Part shown: positions 1-9,662 of the stretch, one piece after another
Layout of the letters: each line of letters starts with the position of its first letter
How positions within the stretch are numbered: position 1 is the stretch's first letter
DNA from: an uncultured bacterium
Lineage (GTDB): Bacteria > Babelota > Babeliae > Babelales > Vermiphilaceae
DNA: 64,000 nucleotides
Direction: 5' to 3'
NCBI GenBank assembly: GCA_963695335.1
Contig: OY968764.1
Location: forward strand, 1,152,001 to 1,216,000
Made by a program: the position numbers and the translations under genes
The notes under the pieces: model-generated
What the model was told of the DNA's origin: nothing
Databases searched by the model: none
The model's input: the letters and a program-made list of their open reading frames with translations, nothing else

Positions 1-385
1 CCTCGTTCCATTGAGGATCCAAAATACCATACCCATGATTCGACATAATAAGCATAGTATGATCACGATCATTATCTGCAAAACCCCAATGCGCTGCAGT
101 AATGAAATCTTGTTTGCTATTACCACTGAGTTGTACCTCTTCCAAAAACTCCAACCCATGCTCTGTTACACGGTAACGCAAACCAGCATCATAATATGCA
201 TGTAACTGAATCATAAAATCTACTGCATCATTTGGTTTACCTCGGATCATATCAGTAATATTTTTAATGGCCATATCACTTAAAGCATCACTTGAGTCCA
301 TGTAAAAAAAAACTCTCCATGTATCAGCACACAGAGAGGATGGTAAACTAACAAATAATAAAAACGGTAAAAAAAGCTGCTTCAT
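1..385 (-). CDS. Clostripain-like (peptidase C11) protein, 5' part; runs off the window; probable homopolymer frameshift errors near the start
   Basis: Manual translation of minus strand: MKQLFLP..SLCADTWRVFFYMDSSDALSDMAIKNITDM...HTMLIMSNHGYGILDP; the LI.SNHG.G motif is typical of C11. Not in ORF track. Confidence 0.6.
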   Translation of the reverse strand, partial: MKQLFLPFLLFVSLPSSLCADTWRVFFYMDSSDALSDMAIKNITDMIRGKPNDAVDFMIQLHAYYDAGLRYRVTEHGLEFLEEVQLSGNSKQDFITAAHWGFADNDRDHTMLIMSNHGYGILDPQWNE

Positions 386-491
386 ATTCATAAAGCAACC
401 TCATTTTTTAGCTAACAGTATTTAAAATATTTTTATCTTATCCTGGAGTTAACATAGAAAAAGTACGCAAATATTATCAAGGCAAAAAAAT

Positions 492-1010
492 CTAAACATT
501 ACCAAGCTTAAATCGATCAACTAACTCATCCAACTCTTTTGCATTCTTTACTACAAAAATTTTCTTTTGATCTTTGTAGCTATTCAATGAAAATTCAATT
601 GCTTGTTTTTGTTTTTTATTAAAACTCCACACATATTTCAGAAATTCCCAACTCGGAAACCTTTCAGGACATCCAGGAGCGCTTGAAAAAAATACTTTAC
701 CAAAATTCAAAAACGCTCTTTTAAATATTCGATACAAACAAATATACAACGGTATATCTAAAAAAATAATAACATCTGCCTGAAAAAATCTATATTCGGA
801 CACTCTCATCGCCATGCCCTCAATAATCCATGAATCACGATCACACAAATCATAATGTGTTTCTACGAACTCATTATAATCTGGTCTTTGCCAACCAGGC
901 TTCCAAAAATATTGATCCAAATGAAAAAGGGGAATATGTAAAATGTTATGAAGTTGGAGAGCTAACGTTGATTTACCAGAACCAGGACTGCCGATAATTG
1001 CTATTTTCAT
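492..1010 (-). CDS. Adenylate-kinase-like P-loop protein (topology modulation protein/FlaR family)
   Basis: MKIAIIGSPGSGKSTLA, HLDQYFWKPGW, WIIEG motifs. Confidence 0.8.
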   Translation of the reverse strand: MKIAIIGSPGSGKSTLALQLHNILHIPLFHLDQYFWKPGWQRPDYNEFVETHYDLCDRDSWIIEGMAMRVSEYRFFQADVIIFLDIPLYICLYRIFKRAFLNFGKVFFSSAPGCPERFPSWEFLKYVWSFNKKQKQAIEFSLNSYKDQKKIFVVKNAKELDELVDRFKLGNV

Positions 1011-1077
1011 ACTATCTCCTGAATACAAAAAAAAAGACCAACTTAAAAAGTTGATCTTAATTTTACATTTAATAATC

Positions 1078-1226
1078 TGGCCGCGCCATACGAAGCTTTA
1101 GCGAGAGTCCGTCTACGTTCTTTGAACTACGTCGGACAGTCTTCGCATTTGCTATCACAGTTTTTGTAATCGCCAAATATTTCTTATTGGCGCAAGCCAG
1201 ACGAAGCTCGTAAGAGCGAAGACTGG
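1078..1226 (-). repeat. Family-B palindromic repeat cluster fused to the tRNA-Asp 3' end
   Basis: CCA-gtcttcgctcttacgagcttcgtc-TGG hairpin followed by further cgaag/cttcg hairpins. Confidence 0.75.
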
Positions 1227-1301
1227 CGGGGTGGACGGGACTTGAACCCGCGACCTTCCGCGTGACAGGCGGACGCTCTATCCGAGCTGAGCTACCACCC
1301 C
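1224..1301 (-). tRNA. tRNA-Asp(GTC)
   Basis: Cloverleaf ggggtgg...ccaccccgCCA; anticodon arm tccgc-ctGTCac-gcgga. Confidence 0.97.
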
Positions 1302-1308
1302 AAATTAG

Positions 1309-1383
1309 TGGCTCCTCGGGCAGGATTCGAACCTGCGACCCAACGATTAACAGTCGTTTGCTCTACCACTGAGCTACCGAGGA
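1309..1383 (-). tRNA. tRNA-Asn(GTT)
   Basis: tcctcgg...ccgaggagCCA; anticodon arm aacga-ctGTTaa-tcgtt. Confidence 0.97.
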
Positions 1384-1400
1384 ATAATTTCAATTAAAAA

Positions 1401-1553
1401 GTATGGCCATGCCATACAAAGCTTTAGCGAGCCCTACTTCGCTCTACGAGCTACGAAGGGCATACTTCGCTTTTAAACCATCAAACTTCTTTTCAAATAA
1501 AAGACAAACCTTTGAAAAATTGGCTTGCCATACGTAGCTTTAGCGAAGTATGG
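1401..1553 (-). repeat. Family-B palindromic repeat cluster fused to the tRNA-Val 3' end
   Basis: CCA-tacttcgctaaagctacgta-TGG hairpin plus two further related hairpins. Confidence 0.75.
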
Positions 1554-1625
1554 TGGGCGATGTAGGTTTCGAACCTACGACCCCCAGTTTGTAAGACTGA
1601 TGCTCTACCACTGAGCTAATCGCCC
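1551..1625 (-). tRNA. tRNA-Val(TAC)
   Basis: gggcgat...atcgcccaCCA; anticodon loop ctTACaa. Confidence 0.97.
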
Positions 1626-1653
1626 TTAAATCCCACCTAAACTTACTGAAGAA

Positions 1654-1682
1654 AGTGTAATGGATATAGCATCAAAAGTCAA
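1654..1682 (-). promoter_or_regulatory. Putative sigma70 promoter of the tRNA Val-Asn-Asp cluster
   Basis: TTGACT-N17-TACACT on minus strand ~30 nt upstream of tRNA-Val. Confidence 0.6.
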
Positions 1683-1782
1683 AAAAATTATATCACATTT
1701 CTTTCACAACGATCCCTTTTGAGATATGCTACTAAAAATAATACGTTAAAAAAGCACTTTTTTACCTCTAGAAAGCTTTATC

Positions 1783-2529
1783 ATGACACTCCTTAATCTC
1801 CTCAGATCTCTCCTGCTTTTAACTATAATCCTCTACATCGCTCCGTTTTTTGTTGATGGCATTAAACAACAATACATCAATCTTCTCGAGCCACAAACCC
1901 CTATTGGTGTTATTTCTATCACTAAACCATTACACAATGAATACAACCCGACCAAAGAACTCCATTCGTTTTTTAAAGATCCCAATATTAAAGGAATTTT
2001 AATAAAAATAAACTGTGCTGAAACAGCTTCCGGCACAAGCCAATCTTTGTTTCACGACATCCGCTGCCTCAAAAAACAGTACCCTAAACCAATTATTGCT
2101 TTGGTAGAAAACATGTGCCTTTCAGGCGCTTATCTTATTGCAAGCGCATGCGACTATATCATTGCTCCAGAATCTGCACTCATTGGCAACATAGGACAGA
2201 CATTCAGCACACAAACCATACAACAGGCAACTGCTGAAAATAACGCCCCTAACTTAGAAAATGAATCATATCAACAACTGATAAAACAGATTGCCCTCAG
2301 CAGGAAATTATCGCTTACTACTGTTGCTAATTGGGCTGATGGAAAAATATTCACCGGAACACAGGCAATAGCTCTTGGATTGATTAATGAAATTGGTTCA
2401 CTATGCACCGTTATAAAAATTATTAAAGAAAAGGCTCTCATTGAAGGAGAAATTAAATGGATTGAGCATAATCACAGCAAACAATACCAATTAAATATCC
2501 TCTTTAGCAACGAGAGTGCAATATCGTAA
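1783..2529 (+). CDS. S49 family signal peptide peptidase (SppA-like, divergent)
   Basis: N-terminal TM, KPIIALVENMCLSGAYLIASACDYIIA, GKIFTGTQAIALGLINEIG. Confidence 0.8.
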   Translation: MTLLNLLRSLLLLTIILYIAPFFVDGIKQQYINLLEPQTPIGVISITKPLHNEYNPTKELHSFFKDPNIKGILIKINCAETASGTSQSLFHDIRCLKKQYPKPIIALVENMCLSGAYLIASACDYIIAPESALIGNIGQTFSTQTIQQATAENNAPNLENESYQQLIKQIALSRKLSLTTVANWADGKIFTGTQAIALGLINEIGSLCTVIKIIKEKALIEGEIKWIEHNHSKQYQLNILFSNESAIS

Positions 2530-3429
2530 TGTCTGGAAATCTAACGCTGGTTGTACAGCAATGGTGTAAAAAAGTTCTCCCTTATCGGCGCAAATAACTT
2601 TTCCCAACAAAAATCCTTTGGGAAACACTAACCCTTCACCGCTGGAAAGCACATCATCGCCTTCATGAATTGATTCTAGATGACTCACGTAACGCACATT
2701 TGTTCGAACTGTTTCATTAATACCTTCATGAATACCGCTTGCACCCTTGAATGACATTTTACTATTTTTACGAGCCTGCATAGTTTTATGCGCGTTTTGC
2801 AGTTTTGCAGATGAAGGCGCACACAGCACCGCTACCTTGCAATCAACATCTGTAATCAGAGAGACTTTACAATACCATGGATACAATTCAGTAACTCTTC
2901 CCACAATAGTATTACCATACAACGCTACCATATCTTTTTTTATACCATGCACGCTACCCATATCCATGAGAAAGAATTGATTATTACCTGAAAAATGACG
3001 TGCCAACACCTGCGCAATGCTCCCCTTCTGTAATGCATACCGTTTATTAAATCCACGCAACTCTTCCGTTTCATCCGCATACTGGCACATCGCTTTTAAC
3101 GCAATATGCTCTGTACAAAGATCCGCATATTTTTTTTGTAAATCACCAATGCTTTTTTCCAAATCTGCAACAGAATTTGAACGGTGCCTCCATCGCGCAA
3201 CAGGCTCAACAATCATCTGCTGAGCTTTTAATAACGGATATAAACAGCACGAAGCAACAATCTGGAGTATTGATGCTTGCCCTTCGTCCTTCGACAAGCT
3301 TACATCCTTCGCCGAAGGCTTCGGAGCACACGGCAGGATGAGCGGGAAGCGAAGTATAGGCTGCATCACAAAAAAAAATATCATAACAAAAACCACGCCA
3401 ATCACTATTCTATTTTTATACACAAACAT
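2491..3429 (-). CDS. mreC: Rod shape-determining protein MreC with in-frame repeat insertion
   Basis: TM + coiled coil, DMGSVHGIKKDM, VGRVTE, GDDVLSSGEGLVFPKGFLLGKV. Confidence 0.88.
   Translation of the reverse strand: MFVYKNRIVIGVVFVMIFFFVMQPILRFPLILPCAPKPSAKDVSLSKDEGQASILQIVASCCLYPLLKAQQMIVEPVARWRHRSNSVADLEKSIGDLQKKYADLCTEHIALKAMCQYADETEELRGFNKRYALQKGSIAQVLARHFSGNNQFFLMDMGSVHGIKKDMVALYGNTIVGRVTELYPWYCKVSLITDVDCKVAVLCAPSSAKLQNAHKTMQARKNSKMSFKGASGIHEGINETVRTNVRYVSHLESIHEGDDVLSSGEGLVFPKGFLLGKVICADKGELFYTIAVQPALDFQTLRYCTLVAKEDI
3275..3361 (-). repeat. Triply nested repeat (B containing A containing B') in-frame within mreC
   Basis: cctatacttcgc[ccgctcatcctg[ccgtgtgctccgaagccttcggcgaaggatgt]aagcttgtcgaagg]acgaagggcaagc. 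Confidence 0.8.
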
Positions 3430-3523
3430 TCACTCTTGATTTCAGTAACAAAAAATTTTATTGTAAACACACACATTATAAGGTAACTCTTAAATGAATT
3501 TTTTTTAATAAAAAGGATTTTTC

Positions 3524-4165
3524 ATGACATTATCTTGCAAAAAATTACTTACCATTTCTTGTGTATCATTTTCTTTATGCGCAATGGAACAAGAGCAATT
3601 ATCCACAACCAAAAACTCCTCTCAAATAGTATCAAAAGATCATTACAGCACTCTCAACAGTCTCTACAAAAAAACTTATCAAGCATTACGTAATTATAAT
3701 CCTACTGACAGCCAAACGATTACAAGCATATTTCAAATTCTTGATACAACAACACAATTACAAATTGATGGTTGCGGCGAAATGGAATGTGGAAAATTCG
3801 CCTACCAACAACATATACTCCAACAAGCCCCAATGGCCCCTTATATAAGTCTTTTTTTTAAAAGAATTGCAAAACACAATGCCCGCATGAAAGACAATAA
3901 TTTCACTCCATCAACACTAGAACAATTTATTCAGTACAGAAAAATACCTCTCATCAATGAAGCGATTGAAGAATCTAATTCATTTGATCTTGGAATCAAA
4001 GATGAAATAGACACACATACTACAGAATTTCTTGATTCTTACAATAAAACCACAAATAGTCTCAGCGAATACGAAAACCTGCTACAAAACATCACAAAAA
4101 TGCTCACCATGAACCCAGAAAAAACAAAACTTCTTGCTGACCTTATTTATGGCCCTAAACTTTAA
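3524..4165 (+). CDS. Hypothetical secreted protein (leader + AME motif)
   Basis: 213-aa ORF with RBS (aaaagga), hydrophobic leader SLCAMEQE. Confidence 0.7.
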   Translation: MTLSCKKLLTISCVSFSLCAMEQEQLSTTKNSSQIVSKDHYSTLNSLYKKTYQALRNYNPTDSQTITSIFQILDTTTQLQIDGCGEMECGKFAYQQHILQQAPMAPYISLFFKRIAKHNARMKDNNFTPSTLEQFIQYRKIPLINEAIEESNSFDLGIKDEIDTHTTEFLDSYNKTTNSLSEYENLLQNITKMLTMNPEKTKLLADLIYGPKL

Positions 4166-4251
4166 TTGTTACTACAATTTGCTGCATAACAAGACCTATG
4201 ATACAATGAAATGTACTCTTTTTTAGCTTTCAAAAAGAATAGGTTTTTTCT

Positions 4252-5406
4252 ATGCATTATGACATTTCAGCCAATACGCGCTCCTTATACATACATTGGC
4301 CATTTTGTCCGTACCGTTGCCATTACTGCCCTTTTGTGGCATTAGCATCGCACGATCCATTCATGGAACGGTATCATAATGCCCTCATCAAAGAAATTAA
4401 AGATTTTGGCAGCAATTACACCGAAAAACTACAACTCGATACCATTTATTTTGGTGGCGGCACTCCAAGCACCTACCCAGATCATCTGCTCACTGAAATG
4501 TTTGCCGTACTCAACCAATACTTCAGTTTCAGCGAAAACATCGAAATAACGTTAGAAGTGAACCCAGGAACGGTGCGCTTTGAACAGTTAGCTTTGTGGA
4601 AACAACTCGGGATTAATCGAATCAGCATTGGCGTTCAAAGCCTTAATGATGAAGTTCTTACAAAATTAAATCGCCTCCAAAAAGCGTCTGATGTGTACAC
4701 ATTACTCAGCACTGCTCCTGCCTATTTTGATAACATCTCTGTGGATGTTATTTTGGGTCTGCCAGGTGTTAGTACATCTGAATGGGAAAATATGCTTGCA
4801 ACAATAGTGACATGGAACATTACCCATCTATCGATGTACGTTTTAGAAGTTCATGATAGCACACCACTATTTTTCAATGTTAAATCAAAAAAAGTTACAT
4901 TGCCTTGCGATGACGATGTTATTAATGCATATTATTGGTCACGTGAATTTCTTGCCAATCATGGTTTTACGCAGTATGAAGTTTCTAGTTTTGCACGATC
5001 AGCAAAAGAATCACGACACAACACAACCTACTGGGAACGCCGACCATATCGTGGTTTTGGACTTGGTGCATGTTCATTTGATGGAACTTCCCGACTGCAA
5101 AATGAAAAAAATCTTATGAAATACTTGCAAAGCATTGAGCAAAACGATTATAAACCAATATTTGCTGAGACACTCACTCAAAATCAGGTATATACCGAAA
5201 AAGTTATGTTGGGATTACGAAGAATAAAGGGGGTTTGTTGGGAAGAAATTAGTAGCAGTTTAGATAGTGAACAGAAAACAAAAATCAGATCAACAATCGA
5301 TATATTGCAACAAAAAAATTTAGTTACAGAAAATAATGGTCGTCTACAGTTAAGTCCTGCGGGACTTGTAGTAGAAAATGAAATTATAACGCAACTTTCT
5401 TTATAA
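4252..5406 (+). CDS. hemW: Radical SAM heme chaperone HemW (HemN-like)
   Basis: SLYIHWPFCPYRCHYCPF, YFGGGTPS, YEVSSFA, HNTTYW. Confidence 0.9.
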   Translation: MHYDISANTRSLYIHWPFCPYRCHYCPFVALASHDPFMERYHNALIKEIKDFGSNYTEKLQLDTIYFGGGTPSTYPDHLLTEMFAVLNQYFSFSENIEITLEVNPGTVRFEQLALWKQLGINRISIGVQSLNDEVLTKLNRLQKASDVYTLLSTAPAYFDNISVDVILGLPGVSTSEWENMLATIVTWNITHLSMYVLEVHDSTPLFFNVKSKKVTLPCDDDVINAYYWSREFLANHGFTQYEVSSFARSAKESRHNTTYWERRPYRGFGLGACSFDGTSRLQNEKNLMKYLQSIEQNDYKPIFAETLTQNQVYTEKVMLGLRRIKGVCWEEISSSLDSEQKTKIRSTIDILQQKNLVTENNGRLQLSPAGLVVENEIITQLSL

Positions 5407-5445
5407 AAATATTTTAGTACTTGTTTTAAGTAAGTTAGGGTATCC

Positions 5446-5907
5446 ATGGCAAAACATGTTGGTGTAAAATTACCAGAAGATTTATTGGCGGTTTTAAAAA
5501 AAGGACAAACAGTAGGCATTCTTGCAACTTTTTCTGAAAAAGGTTTGCCAAACACAACTCCTGTTCAATGCATTGCTGCAAAAGGCCTTGAAAGCATTTT
5601 ACTCACCATTCACAAAGATCACACAGGTTACCATAACATGGTATGGCAAAAAAAAGTTATGATCTGCTTTTTAGATGAAGGAAACGTTGCATACAGTATT
5701 TTAGGACGAGCTGGCGTTGTACGCGCGCCATCTCTTGTTCATCCTTTTATGAATGTTGTACGCATTGATATTATTGATATTAAAAGCGATAGATCAGTCT
5801 TAACTAAAGTAGAAAGTGGTGTAAGATGGAGTTATACTTCACCTGACGCTGAAGAGCTTTCAAACGCTCTTATGGCTGAATTGGATGAACTCTCTGAATC
5901 ACTTTAA
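5446..5907 (+). CDS. Pyridoxamine 5'-phosphate oxidase-like FMN-binding protein
   Basis: GILATFSEKGLPNTTP split-barrel motif. Confidence 0.65.
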   Translation: MAKHVGVKLPEDLLAVLKKGQTVGILATFSEKGLPNTTPVQCIAAKGLESILLTIHKDHTGYHNMVWQKKVMICFLDEGNVAYSILGRAGVVRAPSLVHPFMNVVRIDIIDIKSDRSVLTKVESGVRWSYTSPDAEELSNALMAELDELSESL

Positions 5908-5930
5908 AATAAACAAAGGAGATTAGTATT

Positions 5931-7280
5931 ATGCATAAACAAACGATCATAACTGTAGCAATGTTCGGCCTCATATCACAAACAACTTTAGGGTCCGAAA
6001 CTTCTTCTATAGAAACAACTCAGCAAACCCAATCCTTCGCTAAAGCTTCGGAGGACAAGTCGGAGAGCACGGTAGAACAACCAGCTCAAGCAGAAACAAC
6101 AACACAAGAAGAAACATCAATCGTATCCCCAGAAATAGAATCTACTCCAACACCCCCTGAAGAAGTACCCCTACTTCGCCAAGGCTCCGAAGGGCAGGCA
6201 ATGATTCCGTATAAAGAGACTTCTTCTCATGAAGAATCTCCAGCCCTACTTCGCTCTACGAGCTCCGAAGGGCAAGCAGAATCAACAGAAACTGCAACAC
6301 CTCCAACAGAAGAAACTGTTACCATCCCTGGAGAAGAAACAGAGCCTACTCAGCCTACCATACCCACCATGCCTGAACCAATTAAAGAAGAACCAATTGT
6401 TATTCCAGAAGAACCAGAAAAAGCAGAAGCTCCTGCTGGAATTGATACCGTTTCACTTGAAAATCCACAAGGCAACTGGCTCTATAAACGTATTTGGTGG
6501 GAACGAGCAGAAGAACGTTATGAAAAAATTCGTCTTCTTGTTGACGCAATATGGGAATCACGCACTATCTTTTTTGTAAAACGTAATGAACTTGATAGAA
6601 ATGTTCTTGATCCTTTTTATCTGAATGTTGGTATTGGACAAGGAGAGCTACAAGTTATACTTTCTGAACTTGTTGATTTCTTTGAAAAACATCGTGAACA
6701 ACAAGGTGATTTAAATGAACAAGAGCGTTCATTATACGATACCATCGCAACAGAAGAAGAAGCATTAAAACAGCTTAAACAAGATGTTGAATCTGTTGCC
6801 AATCTTGATCATGCTATTGATGATGCTCTTGGCACACTCATGAATCAAATCAATCGTGTGCGCCAATATGAACGACAAGCATGGGAAAATTTTAAAGAGA
6901 TTGCTCATATTTTAAATGATACAAAAGCACGCGAACTGTATTACATGATAGAAGGTGCAGCACGTAATATAAAAAATATAAGCACCTACGTTGAACAAGA
7001 TTTTTTCACCCACTTCGCTAAACTCATTGAAGAAGCAACAAAACACGTTAATCGCGTACAAAGCCAAATCGAATCACTCAAAGAAAAAGGTGTAAGCTTT
7101 AAACGCCAAACAGAGCTTCTTGAACAAAAACAAGAACAGTTAGAACAAGAAGAGGAAGAAGAAGTTGCCCCAAAACCAAAATTAGGCTGGTTTGGTTGGA
7201 TTATGTCATATCTTAATAGTGTTTCTGATTTTATTTTCTCTATTATCAGAATGCCGTATGACCTAATTTTTGGGAAATAA
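5931..7280 (+). CDS. Hypothetical exported protein: E/P/T-rich N-terminus with three in-frame repeat insertions, coiled-coil C-terminus
   Basis: 449-aa ORF, RBS aaggag, leader peptide; repeat-derived peptides SFAKASEDKS, PLLRQGSEGQA, ALLRSTSSEGQA. Confidence 0.8.
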   Translation: MHKQTIITVAMFGLISQTTLGSETSSIETTQQTQSFAKASEDKSESTVEQPAQAETTTQEETSIVSPEIESTPTPPEEVPLLRQGSEGQAMIPYKETSSHEESPALLRSTSSEGQAESTETATPPTEETVTIPGEETEPTQPTIPTMPEPIKEEPIVIPEEPEKAEAPAGIDTVSLENPQGNWLYKRIWWERAEERYEKIRLLVDAIWESRTIFFVKRNELDRNVLDPFYLNVGIGQGELQVILSELVDFFEKHREQQGDLNEQERSLYDTIATEEEALKQLKQDVESVANLDHAIDDALGTLMNQINRVRQYERQAWENFKEIAHILNDTKARELYYMIEGAARNIKNISTYVEQDFFTHFAKLIEEATKHVNRVQSQIESLKEKGVSFKRQTELLEQKQEQLEQEEEEEVAPKPKLGWFGWIMSYLNSVSDFIFSIIRMPYDLIFGK

Positions 7281-7316
7281 ACTGTAAATTTTATTGATGA
7301 GCGCTTTAATCATTTT

Positions 7317-7375
7317 TCCCCAATTTTACTTCGTTTCAATCGGGGACCCCATCGAAAGAAACTGAAGATGGGGGT
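7317..7375. repeat. Family-C palindromic repeat (GGGGACCCC core)
   Basis: ccccaatt...cggggaccccatc...gatgggg; related copies near 16641, 21208, 30031, 38105, 41669, 42585, 60581. Confidence 0.75.
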
Positions 7376-7593
7376 GAGCTGATGAGCGCTCATTTTTTTA
7401 TATTCTCAAATCATATCTCAATCCTACTTCAAACCAGGTCAATTTTTCTTATTTTCAAAGAAATATTAACACAAATAGATGAAGACTTTCTTAAGCGCTC
7501 ATCCTGAACTTGTTGAAGGATTAAGCGCCCAGACTATTTAAAAAAAATTGATAATATCGAATTTATCGCTATACTAAAAAACATTGAAATAAA

Positions 7594-7680
7594 GCCGGGG
7601 TGGTGAAATTGGCAGACACGCAGCCTTGAGGTGGCTGTGGGAGAAATCCCATAGGGGTTCGAGTCCCCTCCCTGGCACCA
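7594..7680 (+). tRNA. tRNA-Leu(GAG)
   Basis: gccgggg...ccctggcaCCA, anticodon arm cagcc-ttGAGgt-ggctg, long variable arm. Confidence 0.97.
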
Positions 7681-7830
7681 GTTTTCGCTCTAACGAGCTT
7701 CATCTGGCTGCGCCGCAACAAGATGGTTTTTGAAATAGAAAAAGTTCGATAGCAAAAGCGAAAACTGTCCGACGTAGCGTGAGTCCGAAGAAGCCGCAGG
7801 CGAAAACGGATCGAAGGCGTAGACGGACTA
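7678..7830 (+). repeat. Family-B palindromic repeat cluster fused to the tRNA-Leu 3' end
   Basis: CCA-gttttcgctctaacgagcttcatc-TGG...gcgaaaactgtccgacgtag...cgtagacggact; homologous to the tRNA-Asp trailer. Confidence 0.8.
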
Positions 7831-7903
7831 ACTTACTATCTGGCTATCGTCAATAAAAAATAATTAAAAAAAGAAGAGAAGCCCCAAGTTTTTAAGGAGT
7901 TTT

Positions 7904-9458
7904 TTGATGAATTCAACAGCAAAGCGTTTTGCAAATTCTAGTTTAATGATATGGATACTGTTAATTGTTATCGGTATCTATTTTTTATATCCATTACGCA
8001 AATCAATACGTTTTGGAATTGATCTTGTTGGTGGAAGTTATCTAACATTAGAAGTAAAAACAGATGTAGCAATTGAAGCAGAACTTATTAGAAAAATGCA
8101 GACAATTGAAGCAAAATGTAAACGGGAACGCATCAACGTCCTTTCAAGATCTATTCAAGATCAAAAAATAATTCTCACATTCGAAAATCCTCAACAAACA
8201 CAAGAAGCTACTCGCATCATAAAATCAGATGAACGTGAACTAGTTCAAACCGTTGAACGTAACAGTATCACATTAAATTTCTCTGATGCAATGGAAAAAC
8301 GAATCAAAGAAGATGCTGTTTTACGAAACATAGAAGTATTACGCACACGTCTTGATAGATTCAGCGTTGCAGAAATTTCTATCGCAAAACAGGGTGAAAA
8401 AGAGATTATCATTGAGCTTCCAGATGTTTCAAATCCTCAAGAAGCAAAAGAGATGATCGGTCGTGCTGCACTTCTTGAATTCAAACTTGTTGAAAAAATA
8501 GGTTCAAGTGAACAAGAACTGCTTCTTGAATATGATGGTGAATTGCCTGATGATTTACAAATTTTACCAGGCGAACGTGATCACGGACGCACTCCATATT
8601 ATGTTGTACAAAGATATGCAAAAGTAACAGGTAACATGCTTGCTGATGCACGTCCTACAATGGGTGGTAAAACTGGAGTTGAACCGGTTGTACAATTTTC
8701 ATTCAGTGATGAAGGTGGCGACAAATTTTATGAACTGACAAGCAAAAATTATAACCGTCAACTTGCAATAGTTCTTGATGGTGAAGTTATATCTGCACCA
8801 CGCATAGAATCAGCAATTCGCAACACTGGTACTATTACCGGAAACTTCACAACAGCAGAAGTTAAAAAATTAGCATATCTTCTTAAAATCAGGATCATTT
8901 GTAGCGCCAGTAACTTTTGAAGAAGAACGTCAAATTGGACCTTCACTTGGTGCTGAATCAATTAAAAATGGTTTATATTCTTGCCTTGGTGGCTTTGGCT
9001 TAATTTTCCTCTTTAGTGTGTATTACTACAAATTAAGCGGATTACTTGCATTCTTGGCACTTATATATAACCTCATTCTTATTTTAATGGGTCTTGCATG
9101 GTTGCATGCAACATTAACATTGCCTGGTATTGCAGGTATGGTGTTGACTATTGGTATGGCAATTGATGCTTCAATTTTGATTTATGAACGTATTAAAGAA
9201 GAATTGGCACGCGGTAGCAGTATTAAAAATGCTGTTGATACTGGATTTTCTGGTGCGATGGGTGTGATTTTAGATGCAAACATTACTACCTTTATAAGTG
9301 GTATTGTTTTATACAATTTGGGCTCAGGACCAATTCAAGGATTTGCAGTAACAATGATGTTGGGAATTATTGCAACATTCATTGCAACACTATTTTTCTT
9401 AAAATCGTTCTTTAGATTTATTTTAAGTAACTTTAGTATTCAAAAGCTTTCTATTTAG
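7904..9458 (+). CDS. secD: Protein translocase subunit SecD (split by a +1 A at 8885-8888, probably a sequencing error)
   Basis: FGIDLVGGSYL, LAIVLDGEVISAP, LTLPGIAGMVLTIGMAIDASILIYERIKEE; removing one A restores LKSGSFVAP. Confidence 0.92.
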
Positions 9459-9501
9459 TGTTATACTAAGTTTATAATATTGAAATGTTTGATATTTATA
9501 A

Positions 9502-9540
9502 GCGCTCAAGGATATCCTTCGACAGGCTCAGGACGAGCGG
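9502..9540. repeat. Family-A REP-like repeat
   Basis: gatatccttcgacaggctcaggacgagcg; consensus CCTTCRACARGYTCAGGRCGARCG. Confidence 0.85.
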
Positions 9541-9566
9541 GATAAAAGCTTATAATAAAATTTAGT

Positions 9567-9643
9567 GGCGACGTAGCTCAGCTGGTTAGAGCGGCGGAAT
9601 CATAATCCGTAGGTCCGGGGTTCGAGTCCCTGCGTCGCTACCA
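9567..9643 (+). tRNA. tRNA-Met(CAT), probably elongator
   Basis: ggcgacg...cgtcgctaCCA; anticodon loop atCATaa; paired first position. Confidence 0.92.
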
Positions 9644-9662
9644 AAAAATAAATACCATTCTC

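Noticed and set aside
11..205. Plus-strand 64-aa ORF and the many other short antisense ORFs in the track
   Set aside because: Shadows of genuine genes on the opposite strand or another frame.
2750..2822. Second insertion-like segment in MreC (SSAKLQNAHKTMQARKNSKMSF)
   Set aside because: No recognisable match to the repeat families; cannot be evaluated without ortholog alignment.
8881..8892. Possible programmed frameshift or split secD
   Set aside because: One extra A in a homopolymer; removing it restores the conserved frame, and similar errors occur elsewhere.
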